Below are positions 1 through 9,716 of a stretch of DNA of 64,000 nucleotides, one piece after another. How positions within the stretch are numbered: position 1 is the first letter of the stretch; each line of letters begins with the position of its first letter. Below the pieces are notes generated by a model that saw nothing but the letters and a program-made list of their open reading frames with translations, did no database searches and had not been told where the DNA came from. The position numbers and the translations under genes are program-made. Source of the DNA: Candidatus Methanomethylophilaceae archaeon (GTDB taxonomy: Archaea; Thermoplasmatota; Thermoplasmata; Methanomassiliicoccales; Methanomethylophilaceae); the NCBI GenBank assembly GCA_035271165.1, contig DATERX010000028.1:1-64000 (forward strand). Direction: 5' to 3'.

Positions 1-18
1 GCAGGCGAAATAATAGCC

Positions 19-2295
19 TTGGCACCTGGTTATTCATCCACGGGAACTGGCGAAATCATGTTGCCGACCGTCGGAGACACGACATTCACCATCCTAAATG
101 ATGACAAGGTCAGAATCTATAATGCAACACTCAGTGCCGAAGAAAGTCTCGTTGAATACAATGCTACGCTAAACTCGAAGTCTGACAAGCCCATCTCCGG
201 AACGGTGACGTTCTTCGGTGCCGACGGTCTGACGTTGACCTATGCGGCCGGTGACGACGGAATATTGTCCGCGAAACTGCCTAAAGGCGAATACACCGCA
301 TACGCAGTGGGCGATGACGGATCTTGCGCCATTAAGGAGATAACCGTATCCGATACGCCCGAAGACAACGTGGGTGAGAGTTTCAAGACCGACGACGGTC
401 GCAAGCTGACGGTATCGTTAACGTTCGCATCAGGTGCGGACGGTACGAAGGGACTTCCATTCAGGCAAGTCTCTGTGAAGATCGGAGATGACACGATATT
501 CGGAACCACGGGAACAGACGGTAAATCCATCATCATAATACCTAGCAACAAGGAGGCGACAGTCAGTGTAGCTGACGTCACCGAAGGTCCGGTATCCTGG
601 ACGGATTTCGAAGAGAGCGTTACAGCCGGAACATCCAGTGTATCCAAGACATTCAACGTGAGCATCGGAAAGATCGCTGAGTCCGAAATCGCTGAGTCCA
701 AAATAACGGTACCGGATGAAACATGGCTCTGGAATTACGGAACAACCGATCCTCCGAGCTATCACTTCAAGACCGGCGAGACGAAGGTCGTCACGCCCGG
801 CAAGTACAAATGCGTCGTCAAAGTCGATGAGGAGACGTACACTTACAGCGAAGTCAAGGTGTTCATAGGACAAACCAAGCTGATTGTAGATTCAGGTACT
901 GAAGTTGGGAGTCTGATTCTTGTAACAATAGACGAGGGCGAAGCTAAGGTGACTGTCGAAACAGACCCGAATAATGAGGGCGATACCCATTACAAGGTAA
1001 AGATGGAATCCGAAAACGATGTAAACTATCTGCTTAAGAGCGGAGCATCATACCAATTCAAAGCTGTAAAAGACGACAAGATCGCGTACGTCACGTTTAA
1101 CGGCACCGTATTGGATGAAACTACTTTCGATTTCAAAGACAAAGTTACTCTGAAAGGATACGTCGGCGTCGACGGAGACGGTACTGCAAGGGTCACGATA
1201 GGCACTAAAATTCTGTTCACCGATGTGAAAGACGGCGAATATGAGATGGACGTGCCTTCGGCTCCAGGCTCGGTTAATATATCGTTTAAAGTCAACGCTA
1301 AGCCCTCGGGTGCGATAGGGGAATGTGAATACACCGGAGACTTAATCGCGACGATACCGGCAGAGCCTGTCGATGGCATCGTTGTAACGAACGCTCAACT
1401 CACCGGTAATGGGGACCTGATCCAAGTTACCGACAAACCCATCCTGACTGTGAAAAACGTCACATCTGTTGTCAATGGGGAATTCAAGTTTGACCTGGAA
1501 GTCGACCCGGTGGTTGATGTTGGTACGAAGACGTACGCGATAAAGGCTATAGGTCCGTGGCAATTGGATAGATATTACACCGTGACCCTTAGCGGAACCG
1601 CCATATCCACTCTGTCCGATATATCCGGAACATTCGATCCCGATAAGATCGGCGATGGGGACTCCGAGATGAAAGTCTCCATTGTCGATTTGAAGGGCAC
1701 TACCGTGGCCACAGGAGAAATAGGCCATGGCTACGTCACTGTCGATAGTTCGAATAACAAGGTGACCGTGATGATCGCCGGCGAAGGGGGAAGGCCCGAT
1801 GTCAAGACCGATGACGAATACCTTTATGCGATAACGATAAGGAACGATGCAAACTACCTGATGAATGCCAGCATAACATTGGATGGTGCGATGCCAGGGG
1901 GTTGGATCCATACGATATCCGATGAGAACGGCCGCGTGATCGGCGCAACGGATTTCGATGTCGCAGGTTATTCGGACACGGTGCTCTATGTTAAGGTGAT
2001 GAACATCACAGGCCATGCCGCAGAGATACCTGAATTAAGCATCGAAGTTGCCGTATCATCATTATCGGAATCGCCCGAACTTAAGGACGACGAGGGTGGA
2101 AACAAGGTCACAATAAATCTCATTCCAAAGGAGTTGACCCTTGACACGTCGTTAAACGTCGGAGGCAGCAACATCTACGGCGAAGGTAATGCGATGCAGC
2201 CCGCGTTCTGGGTACTAACCCTGCTGAGCGTGGTATTCATCGTGCTGATTGTTTGGCTAGGTTCCAAGAGGGGGGTGTTCACACGAAGAAAGTAA
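19..2295 (+). CDS. Large cell-surface protein with C-terminal TM anchor; beta-rich, repetitive (Ig/PKD-like) and probably 5'-truncated by the window edge (frame is open back to nt 1; TTG at 19 is unlikely to be the true start)
   Basis: 758-aa ORF, T/G/D/V-rich and low in Cys. Ends in a hydrophobic helix followed by a basic tail (AFWVLTLLSVVFIVLIVWLGSKRGVFTRRK). Confidence 0.6.
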   Translation: MAPGYSSTGTGEIMLPTVGDTTFTILNDDKVRIYNATLSAEESLVEYNATLNSKSDKPISGTVTFFGADGLTLTYAAGDDGILSAKLPKGEYTAYAVGDDGSCAIKEITVSDTPEDNVGESFKTDDGRKLTVSLTFASGADGTKGLPFRQVSVKIGDDTIFGTTGTDGKSIIIIPSNKEATVSVADVTEGPVSWTDFEESVTAGTSSVSKTFNVSIGKIAESEIAESKITVPDETWLWNYGTTDPPSYHFKTGETKVVTPGKYKCVVKVDEETYTYSEVKVFIGQTKLIVDSGTEVGSLILVTIDEGEAKVTVETDPNNEGDTHYKVKMESENDVNYLLKSGASYQFKAVKDDKIAYVTFNGTVLDETTFDFKDKVTLKGYVGVDGDGTARVTIGTKILFTDVKDGEYEMDVPSAPGSVNISFKVNAKPSGAIGECEYTGDLIATIPAEPVDGIVVTNAQLTGNGDLIQVTDKPILTVKNVTSVVNGEFKFDLEVDPVVDVGTKTYAIKAIGPWQLDRYYTVTLSGTAISTLSDISGTFDPDKIGDGDSEMKVSIVDLKGTTVATGEIGHGYVTVDSSNNKVTVMIAGEGGRPDVKTDDEYLYAITIRNDANYLMNASITLDGAMPGGWIHTISDENGRVIGATDFDVAGYSDTVLYVKVMNITGHAAEIPELSIEVAVSSLSESPELKDDEGGNKVTINLIPKELTLDTSLNVGGSNIYGEGNAMQPAFWVLTLLSVVFIVLIVWLGSKRGVFTRRK

Positions 2296-3065
2296 TGTCT
2301 GTTCTCAGCGTACTATCGCTGATACTGGTAGGGGGACTCTTCATGATGTCCGCCGTCGAGGAATCCTATGCTGAATACTTCAATGTGGAACCGGAGGACG
2401 ATTACATCGTCAAGACCGGAGGCAAGATAACCTATGTCGCGCCGTTCTACTACGAAGACGACTTTACGGCAGACGGTAGCGTCAAGTTCCAAGCATATCT
2501 CATCAATTCAAACGGTGATAAGTTATCTGGAGCAGTCACACCCTCGTCTTGGACGCTAAGTAAAAACGATTCCAAAACGCTTACGATAACGGCACCAGAT
2601 TCGGCCGGCACGTACAGGGTGGTCGTCGAATACGAAGGAACGGTCGGCATCGACAAAACCGAACTGAAAGGTTCAAGTCAGGCGGTCTTGAGGGTCGTCG
2701 TACCCATCACATTGACCGCAAACGTCACTAACAGCAGCGACGTCGCCGCAACGACCACGATTAGCTTCCTAGTGGACGGCGAACCCGTCGAGGGCAGCGA
2801 CACGGACGTGAGCAACCTTCAACCTGGTGGATCGAAGAAAGTCAGCTACGAATGGGTAACCTCCCTCAGTGAGGGAAGACACACCTACAAAGCGGTGACC
2901 GAGGACGGCGAAGTCATCAAAGAGGGGGAGTTCTACGTAGGACACAACGATTACCAATGGGCGACCATAATCATGGCGCTCCTGTTTGTGATCTTGATGT
3001 TGGTGCTGATATACATCATCCGCAAGCCTGTGAAGAACTACGGTAAGCCCAAAGGAAGACGTTAA
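2295..3065 (+). CDS. Secreted/cell-surface protein with N-terminal signal peptide, CARDB-like beta domain and C-terminal TM anchor
   Basis: ATG at 2295 overlaps the upstream stop (TAATG). Signal-like N-terminus MSVLSVLSLILVGGLFMMSAV; C-terminal TM helix plus basic tail (IIMALLFVILMLVLIYIIRKPVKNYGKPKGRR). Confidence 0.6.
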   Translation: MSVLSVLSLILVGGLFMMSAVEESYAEYFNVEPEDDYIVKTGGKITYVAPFYYEDDFTADGSVKFQAYLINSNGDKLSGAVTPSSWTLSKNDSKTLTITAPDSAGTYRVVVEYEGTVGIDKTELKGSSQAVLRVVVPITLTANVTNSSDVAATTTISFLVDGEPVEGSDTDVSNLQPGGSKKVSYEWVTSLSEGRHTYKAVTEDGEVIKEGEFYVGHNDYQWATIIMALLFVILMLVLIYIIRKPVKNYGKPKGRR

Positions 3066-3074
3066 AATTCTTAA

Positions 3075-3090
3075 CGGGGGGAAACCCCCG
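3075..3090. terminator. GC hairpin (CGGGGGG-AAA-CCCCCG) between convergent genes; probable bidirectional terminator
   Basis: Perfect 6-7 bp G/C stem with a 3-nt loop, 10 nt after the stop at 3065 and 8 nt before the minus-strand stop at 3098. Confidence 0.5.
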
Positions 3091-3097
3091 TATGATA

Positions 3098-3682
3098 TTA
3101 TTTTTTAGAGATCACGACAGCCGTGGTTATATCGGATCGGGTACGCTCGATGATCCCTCTTGCGATGTCCTGTTTCCTTCTTATCGGGACCACGGCGTCA
3201 GGTACGTCGAACATCAAGATGCCGTCGGCGATGTCCTCCATCATCTCGAATATGGATACGGCGCCATCCAGGTCGCCATCCATCAGGTTCTTCAGCACTA
3301 TGCGCCTCAGCTCCCCAACGGTATCAGCTAGACCTAGTACCCAGGATCTCTCGTCTATCCCAAGGTCGATGAACGAGGGGACCTTACCCGAAGATAGGAC
3401 GTCCTTCAGGATTATCGCCTCCGCATATTCAGATAACGCATCGGACGCAGGTCCCGAGCGCAGAAGACCGGCATCCATATCTATCTCGATTGTCAGTTTC
3501 TTGACAAGTTCCGATATGTTATCGACCTCGTCCCCGTCCAGTTTACCTTCGTGAATCGAGTGTATGATCTTCTTAGAGCTCCTGATGATCTCACGGGACG
3601 AGCGTATCACGTTCTCTCTGCTGTTTTCCGCTGCGGTAAAACGTTTTTCCACAACATCCAGTAATTCCTTGAGTCCTTTCAT
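3098..3682 (-). CDS. All-helical ~22 kDa protein, tentatively translin-family
   Basis: 194 aa. SEYAEAIILKDVL...GLADTVGELRRIVL resembles the archaeal translin core (Y.EA...YL.GL.D..GELRR). Confidence 0.4.
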   Translation of the reverse strand: MKGLKELLDVVEKRFTAAENSRENVIRSSREIIRSSKKIIHSIHEGKLDGDEVDNISELVKKLTIEIDMDAGLLRSGPASDALSEYAEAIILKDVLSSGKVPSFIDLGIDERSWVLGLADTVGELRRIVLKNLMDGDLDGAVSIFEMMEDIADGILMFDVPDAVVPIRRKQDIARGIIERTRSDITTAVVISKK

Positions 3683-3695
3683 GATACGGCATATG

Positions 3696-4484
3696 TCATC
3701 GGATGTTTAAAATTGAAGTGAAGAAGGAATCCCTGATCTTGTTGAGGTATAGCTCCTTCCTCATCGCCTTGTTGAAAACAGCCTTAGCCGGGACTATGAA
3801 CTCCGTATCCTTGTATTCGATATCCCAGAGTGTGAGGCCATCCGCCCTCGCGAGACCGAAACACCTATCTTCGCCTTTTAGGGCCCTTAACACATCCTCG
3901 TTCTCAGCCTCACCGCGACCGACGGATATTATCGCTGATGCCATGCGTCGGACCTGATTCCACAGGAACGCCCTCCCGCTACAATCGTACCATAGGTAGT
4001 CCCCGTCCTCTGTTATCTCTGATTTTCTAATCAGACCCAAGGTCTCCCTACCATCATATATACAGAAACGGGAGAAGTCGTGTTCCCCGACGAAAAGTGA
4101 TGCACAGCTACGTGCGCGTTCTATATCGATATCCTCCGCGGGCATCACATATCGGTATGTGCGGGAATGGGCGGTCCTTATTTTGAAATCATTCGGCACC
4201 AGGGCGTACGAATGATAGAACACCCCCCATGACACCGCGTTCAGAGCCTTCAACAGAGCCACCGGATCCTTGAAATCTGTATAGAATGCTATGACGTTCC
4301 CTGTGGCATTGACGCCCTTATCGGTTCTGCTGGCGAATCTTAAGAACACGTCATCTATCGAATTGTTACAGACATCCTCGATGGCTTTGGTGACCTCGCT
4401 CTCAACGGTCCTAAGTCCCGGCTGCCTCTGGGAGCCGTAGAATCCTTTGCCCATGTAGGCTATCTTGATGGCGATTCTTTTCAT
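3696..4484 (-). CDS. truA: tRNA pseudouridine(38-40) synthase TruA
   Basis: N-terminal IAYMGKGFYGSQRQP matches the TruA YDGT.F.GWQ.Q signature; 262 aa. Confidence 0.85.
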   Translation of the reverse strand: MKRIAIKIAYMGKGFYGSQRQPGLRTVESEVTKAIEDVCNNSIDDVFLRFASRTDKGVNATGNVIAFYTDFKDPVALLKALNAVSWGVFYHSYALVPNDFKIRTAHSRTYRYVMPAEDIDIERARSCASLFVGEHDFSRFCIYDGRETLGLIRKSEITEDGDYLWYDCSGRAFLWNQVRRMASAIISVGRGEAENEDVLRALKGEDRCFGLARADGLTLWDIEYKDTEFIVPAKAVFNKAMRKELYLNKIRDSFFTSILNIR

Positions 4485-5806
4485 GCTCCACGGATCTCTT
4501 TCATGCGGTCGACCTTTTTCTGAATCAAGTCCCGTCTTCCGATGTCATGCCTTACCCTTATGCCATCGCTCATCACAAATCTAAGAGCCGTCTCACAGTT
4601 CCAATCCGCACTTTCAAGTGAATTGTCTATGCCGACGATACCTATGGAACGTGATGTGCCGGTGACGACTATCGCCCTATTTTTGATGTCCACGTTGGCG
4701 TAATATATTCTCGAACCCGCCCTATGTATCTCGTCCTCGTCCACCCTGATCTCATGACCGGTCTCGGGCATCGTCCCGTATCCCTTGGGCACCACATATT
4801 TGCACACGGTGGCTTTTTTTGCGAACCTCACGTTCTCACCCAACGTACCGTTTGCCATGTCCCAACATATTTTCTCGAAGCTGTCCTCGAGTATCGGCAG
4901 GACGTTCATGGCCTCCGGGTCACCAAACCTTGCGTTGATCTCTATGATCTTGGGCCCGTCCTTTGTGAGCATGAACTGACCGTACATGACGCCATGATAT
5001 GGGCAACCCTCATCCGACATCGCCTTAACAATCTGTTTGAGTATATTCAGCGAGGCGTCCCTCTCCTCCTTCATGACGAATGGGAGGAGGTGATCCGCAT
5101 CGGAATAGGAGCCCATACCGCCGGTGTTCGGACCAGCATCACCCTCATACGCCCTCTTGTGGTCTTGCACCAAAGGCATCGGTGCGATGGTCTTCCCATC
5201 GCAGAACACCATCTGCGTATATTCCTCGCCGACAGCCTTCTCTTCGATGATCACGCCGGCGTTTCCTATGTTCTGATCGAATATCTCGTGGACGTAGCCC
5301 ATCATCTCATCGATCGTGTGAAGGTGCTCCCCTTCGACCTTCACTCCCTTGCCCCCGGTCAGACCGATGGGTTTGACGACCACCTCATAGTTCACGGATT
5401 CCAGGTATTCCCTCACCCCCTCGGGGCTGTTGAAGGACGCATATCCTAGATTACCATCGACATCGTACTTTTCCACAAGCTCCCTCATGAAGGATTTGGA
5501 CGTCTCAATCCTAGAGGCGGCCTTCGTAGGAGAGGCGCAAGTTATCCCCGCTGCCTCAAGGGCATCCACTATCCCGTTCTCCAGAGGAGCCTCGGGACCC
5601 ACGAACGCCAATTCGATCGCATTCATTTTAGCATATTCCAAGATCCTAGGAAAGTTGCTCTCATCCGTCAGTAGGAAATCCTCGGACATCTTCATTATGC
5701 CAGGATTCCTGTTCTTCATAACCGCATATACCTTGGAGCCTGCCCTGCAGAAAGCCTCCACGGCGGCGCACTCCCTGCCGCCCCCTCCGATCGTAAGGAC
5801 CCTCAT
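4481..5806 (-). CDS. purD: Phosphoribosylamine--glycine ligase (GAR synthetase)
   Basis: MRVLTIGGGGRECA start; ATP-grasp motifs; 441 aa; 4-nt overlap with truA. Confidence 0.9.
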   Translation of the reverse strand: MRVLTIGGGGRECAAVEAFCRAGSKVYAVMKNRNPGIMKMSEDFLLTDESNFPRILEYAKMNAIELAFVGPEAPLENGIVDALEAAGITCASPTKAASRIETSKSFMRELVEKYDVDGNLGYASFNSPEGVREYLESVNYEVVVKPIGLTGGKGVKVEGEHLHTIDEMMGYVHEIFDQNIGNAGVIIEEKAVGEEYTQMVFCDGKTIAPMPLVQDHKRAYEGDAGPNTGGMGSYSDADHLLPFVMKEERDASLNILKQIVKAMSDEGCPYHGVMYGQFMLTKDGPKIIEINARFGDPEAMNVLPILEDSFEKICWDMANGTLGENVRFAKKATVCKYVVPKGYGTMPETGHEIRVDEDEIHRAGSRIYYANVDIKNRAIVVTGTSRSIGIVGIDNSLESADWNCETALRFVMSDGIRVRHDIGRRDLIQKKVDRMKEIRGA

Positions 5807-5817
5807 TCAAAAACACC

Positions 5818-6468
5818 TCATAATTTCAGCTTTACGAGGATTTCGTCCACACCCTCGTCCTTCTTTACGCTGCATTTATAGAGATCCTTCAGACCGCCCA
5901 TGAGTTTATTGTAATCTTCCGCTATGACGGCCGGATTCACGCCGACGGCATCCGCGATATCCATCTTGTTCAGTATGGCGATGTCCGAATGCAGGAATAT
6001 GCTGTGATGCTTCCTAACCATGTCGTCCCCTTCCGTGGTGGATATGACGACAACCCTGTAATCCGTTCCCAGTGGGAAGTCCGCAGGACACACCAGATTA
6101 CCGACGTTCTCTATGAACAACACGTCGTAATCATCGAGATTCACCTTTGCCAGTGATCTGGCTATGAGGTTCGAGTCCAGATGACATTCCGACCCGGTGT
6201 TGCAGTTGATGACGTCCATACCGGACGCCTTCATCCTTGCGAAATCATCATCGCCCACGACGTCTCCCGCTATTCCGAGCACCCTTACGCCCTTGTCCCT
6301 CAGTTTCTCTGCCAATTTGATTATCAGCGACGTCTTCCCGGATCCTATTGAGCCCATGAAGTCCACCGATCTGATATCGTGCTCCTTCAGGAGACGGTAG
6401 TTCTTATGGGCTAATTTGGAATTCTCTTTGAGGACGTCGAATTCCATACCCACTTGTACGAAGTGCAT
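5818..6468 (-). CDS. hypB: Hydrogenase nickel-incorporation GTPase HypB
   Basis: P-loop MGSIGSGKTSLI and CH motif (ECHLD); length typical of HypB/UreG family. Confidence 0.8.
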   Translation of the reverse strand: MHFVQVGMEFDVLKENSKLAHKNYRLLKEHDIRSVDFMGSIGSGKTSLIIKLAEKLRDKGVRVLGIAGDVVGDDDFARMKASGMDVINCNTGSECHLDSNLIARSLAKVNLDDYDVLFIENVGNLVCPADFPLGTDYRVVVISTTEGDDMVRKHHSIFLHSDIAILNKMDIADAVGVNPAVIAEDYNKLMGGLKDLYKCSVKKDEGVDEILVKLKL

Positions 6469-6558
6469 GAAATAACTACATTGTTTACCTTAATAAATAC
6501 TAACTGCGTGCACCGCGGAAATAATCATAAACGGGTAGCATCATGAGGATGCATTCAA

Positions 6559-7851
6559 ATGAGCTATTCCGAGTCACTATCTAAACTTCTGGCATCTGCA
6601 GGTGCGGCCGAAGGCTGTAAACTATCAATCAAAAGCAAAGGACGCGAATATACGGGGATATTGATGCCCCGGCACGACCTTAGCGCACTGGATACGCTGT
6701 TGTTGAAACTCGACAGCGGATACAACGTGGGCATCAGGATGCACCAGGATTCTAAAATCGAGGTATTAGGGGAACCAACCAGAGTCAAACTGGAACCTGA
6801 GGCTGTGAAACCCAAGAAGGGGTTGAGGAACCTGGTGATGATCGGGACCGGCGGGACGATATCCTGTGTTGTGGATTTCAAGACCGGTAAGATTCAGCCC
6901 GCGCTTACTGCCGCAGAGATGATCGATGCCGTGCCCGAGATAACCGAGATAGCGAACTTCGATACACGCGTACTCTTCTCGATGTACTCGGAAGGTATGG
7001 GCGTCGAGCACTGGCAGAAGATCGCATCCGCCGTTGAGGAAGAGATTAACAACGGTGCCGATGGGGTCATAATCCCACACGGCACCGATACGATGGGCTA
7101 CACCGCCGCCGCCTTATCATTCATGCTCAATGATGTAACAAAACCCGTTGTATTGGTCGGGGCCCAGAGATCCTCTGACAGGCCGTCCACCGATGCTATT
7201 GGGAACCTAAAGGCCAGTGCCAGGTTCTGTGTTGATGGGGATAGGGCTGGGGTTTTCGTTGTGATGCAGGAAGGATTGGGAGACGACCGTTTCGCTGTAC
7301 ATTGCGGTACACGCGTAAGGAAAATGCACACATCACGTCGCGACGCCTTCCGCAGTATCAACGCATCACCCGTCGCCATCGTAGACATAGAAGGGAAGAT
7401 CGAACATCTCACCGAAGGGCGGAAGGTCTCCAAAGGAAAGATCGATTCCAAGACGGACATGGAGGAGAAATGCATACTCCTCCAATATTTCCCCGGGATG
7501 GATCCTGCGATGTTCAGGGATGCGATACTTGGGAGCAAAGGCGTCGTGATAGCAGGCACCGGACTCGGTCACGTCAACCGTGACTTGGTCCCTCTCCTTG
7601 AGGAGGCGACGAATTCTGGGACGATAGTGGTAATGACATCCCAGTGTCTGGGGGGCGCGACCAACCATAACATTTACGGCACCGGTCACGAACTATCTGA
7701 TGCAGGAGTCATCACAGTGGGTGACATGCTGCCCGAGACCGCCTATGTCAAGCTCATGTGGACGCTGGCAAATTCCAACAGTAGAGATCAAGCGATAGAG
7801 CTGATGAAGGCCCCGCTTGCAGGCGAGACCAGTGACAGGAGGACGAGATGA
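6559..7851 (+). CDS. gatD: Glutamyl-tRNA(Gln) amidotransferase subunit D (asparaginase-like)
   Basis: Asparaginase signature VMIGTGGTISC; 430 aa; 4-nt overlap with downstream gatE. Confidence 0.85.
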   Translation: MSYSESLSKLLASAGAAEGCKLSIKSKGREYTGILMPRHDLSALDTLLLKLDSGYNVGIRMHQDSKIEVLGEPTRVKLEPEAVKPKKGLRNLVMIGTGGTISCVVDFKTGKIQPALTAAEMIDAVPEITEIANFDTRVLFSMYSEGMGVEHWQKIASAVEEEINNGADGVIIPHGTDTMGYTAAALSFMLNDVTKPVVLVGAQRSSDRPSTDAIGNLKASARFCVDGDRAGVFVVMQEGLGDDRFAVHCGTRVRKMHTSRRDAFRSINASPVAIVDIEGKIEHLTEGRKVSKGKIDSKTDMEEKCILLQYFPGMDPAMFRDAILGSKGVVIAGTGLGHVNRDLVPLLEEATNSGTIVVMTSQCLGGATNHNIYGTGHELSDAGVITVGDMLPETAYVKLMWTLANSNSRDQAIELMKAPLAGETSDRRTR

Positions 7852-9716
7852 TGGAAGAGTTCGAGATGAAATGCGGGATCGAGATCCACCAACAGCTGAA
7901 CACCAAGAAGCTGTATTGCTCCTGTGACACCGAACTTTGCGATGATGGATCAGGCAACTATCGCCGCACACTCAGACCCACCGTCAGCGAGATGGGTGTC
8001 ATAGACCGTGCGGCTCTGGCACAATACAAGAGACAGATGATCTTCAGATACCAATGCTGTGAATCATCATGTCTTGTCGAACTGGACGAGGAAGCCCCCC
8101 ACGAAGTCGACAAGGACGCGATGGACACCGCGCTCACATTCTCAACCATGCTGAACGCGGATATAATCGACGAGATACACACGATGAGGAAAATCGTCGT
8201 GGACGGATCCAATACCGGCGGGTTTCAGAGGACCTCGCTAATATCCACGGGAGGGGAGGTGGAGGTCAACGGAAGGAAGATCTCCATACTATCCGTATGT
8301 CTCGAGGAGGACGCCGCCCGTAAGATAGAGACCAAGGGGAACGAGGTCACATACAGGACCGACCGTTTAGGGTTCCCGCTCATAGAGGTGGCCACCGGTC
8401 CCGATATGAGGACTCCCGAGGAAGTGATGGAGGTCGCAATGCGTCTCGGCTCGTTGATGCGTGCGACGAAGATGGTCAAACGCGGATTGGGAACGATACG
8501 TGAGGACATCAACATATCCATACCCGGCGGGGCACGCACCGAGATAAAAGGGGCACAGGACCTGAAGCTCATACCGGACTACGTTCGCAATGAGGTGAAC
8601 AGGCAGAGGATGCTCCTCAAGATCAGAGACATTCTGAACGAAAGATGTGTGAAGGCCGTTCCAGTCAAGACTGTCAACGTCACCGAGATATTCAAGGACT
8701 GCCCGTCAAAGATAATCTCCGGCGCACTGAAGGGCAAAGGCGCCGTGTTGGCAGTCAAACTACCCGGCTTCGCCGGAGTGCTGAACGGTGAATCCGGAAC
8801 ATTGAGGCTGGGATCGGAGATGGCCCAGCGTGCAATAACCCGAGGAGTAAAGGGCATATTCCATTCCGACGAACTACCCAATTACGGTATCGAGCAGGAG
8901 TACGTGGACGCCCTGAAGGAACATCTCGGATTCTCCGATGAGTTTGATGCGTTCGCGATATGCGCCGCGCCTGAGAATATCGCAGGCTCCGCACTCACCG
9001 CCGCCGCCGAACGTGCCAACGAAGCTTTGATAGGAGTCCCTGAAGAGACCAGGGACCCTCTGCCCGATGGCACCTCAAGATATTCCAGGCCTCTGCCGGG
9101 AGCGGCCAGGATGTATCCTGAGACCGATGTGCCGCCGACAATTATCACCGAGGATAAGCTTGCTCAGGTGATTGAGAACATGCCGGAGTTCCCCGAGGAG
9201 ATTGAAAAGAGGCTTGTGAAACAGTACGGTATCAACGCCCAGCAGGCACATCAGATGCTCAGGGAGAACAATGACGAGCTCTTCGAGAAGCTCGTGGTGA
9301 GATACTCTGACCTAACATCCGTTGTGGCAAGCACATTGACCAACACATGGGTCGAACTCGAGCGCGAAGGAGTACAGATGGACGATGTATCTGAAGACTC
9401 ATTCGTGGAGATCTTCGATATGCTGTCACAGAACAAATTTGCCAAAGAAGCCGTACCCGAGGTACTGCGTGAGGTATCAAAGGGTACCGAACCCTCCAAG
9501 GCACCCTCGAAGCTTGGACTTGAGGCCATCGACAGTTCCGAGGCCTCAGGGATAATAGCCTCGATCGTCAAGGAACGCGAGGAGTTCGTGCGCAGCAAGG
9601 GAATGGATGCGATAGGCCCGCTGATGGGCCCGGTCATGGGTGCACTCAGAGGAAAGGTCGACGGGAAAGAGGCCAACCGCCTTCTCGCCGAGGAGATCTC
9701 AAAGATCATCGGCTGA
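7848..9716 (+). CDS. gatE: Glutamyl-tRNA(Gln) amidotransferase subunit E
   Basis: N-terminal KCGIEIHQQLNTKKLYCSC typical of GatE (GatB paralog); 622 aa. Confidence 0.85.
   Translation: MMEEFEMKCGIEIHQQLNTKKLYCSCDTELCDDGSGNYRRTLRPTVSEMGVIDRAALAQYKRQMIFRYQCCESSCLVELDEEAPHEVDKDAMDTALTFSTMLNADIIDEIHTMRKIVVDGSNTGGFQRTSLISTGGEVEVNGRKISILSVCLEEDAARKIETKGNEVTYRTDRLGFPLIEVATGPDMRTPEEVMEVAMRLGSLMRATKMVKRGLGTIREDINISIPGGARTEIKGAQDLKLIPDYVRNEVNRQRMLLKIRDILNERCVKAVPVKTVNVTEIFKDCPSKIISGALKGKGAVLAVKLPGFAGVLNGESGTLRLGSEMAQRAITRGVKGIFHSDELPNYGIEQEYVDALKEHLGFSDEFDAFAICAAPENIAGSALTAAAERANEALIGVPEETRDPLPDGTSRYSRPLPGAARMYPETDVPPTIITEDKLAQVIENMPEFPEEIEKRLVKQYGINAQQAHQMLRENNDELFEKLVVRYSDLTSVVASTLTNTWVELEREGVQMDDVSEDSFVEIFDMLSQNKFAKEAVPEVLREVSKGTEPSKAPSKLGLEAIDSSEASGIIASIVKEREEFVRSKGMDAIGPLMGPVMGALRGKVDGKEANRLLAEEISKIIG

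Noticed and set aside
240-2174. Several minus-strand ORFs (240..701, 430..873, 1026..1379, 1342..2016, 1986..2174) inside the surface-protein gene
   Set aside because: They lie antisense to a long, repeat-rich, convincing coding frame. They have low complexity and no recognisable motifs, and are typical shadow ORFs of a GC-skewed coding strand.
4724-5449. 241-aa plus-strand ORF inside purD; similar antisense ORFs occur in gatE, the symporter, polB, the 378-aa gene and others
   Set aside because: Each is fully contained antisense to a well-supported gene with strong family motifs. His/Arg/Pro-rich composition is typical of reverse-frame translation.
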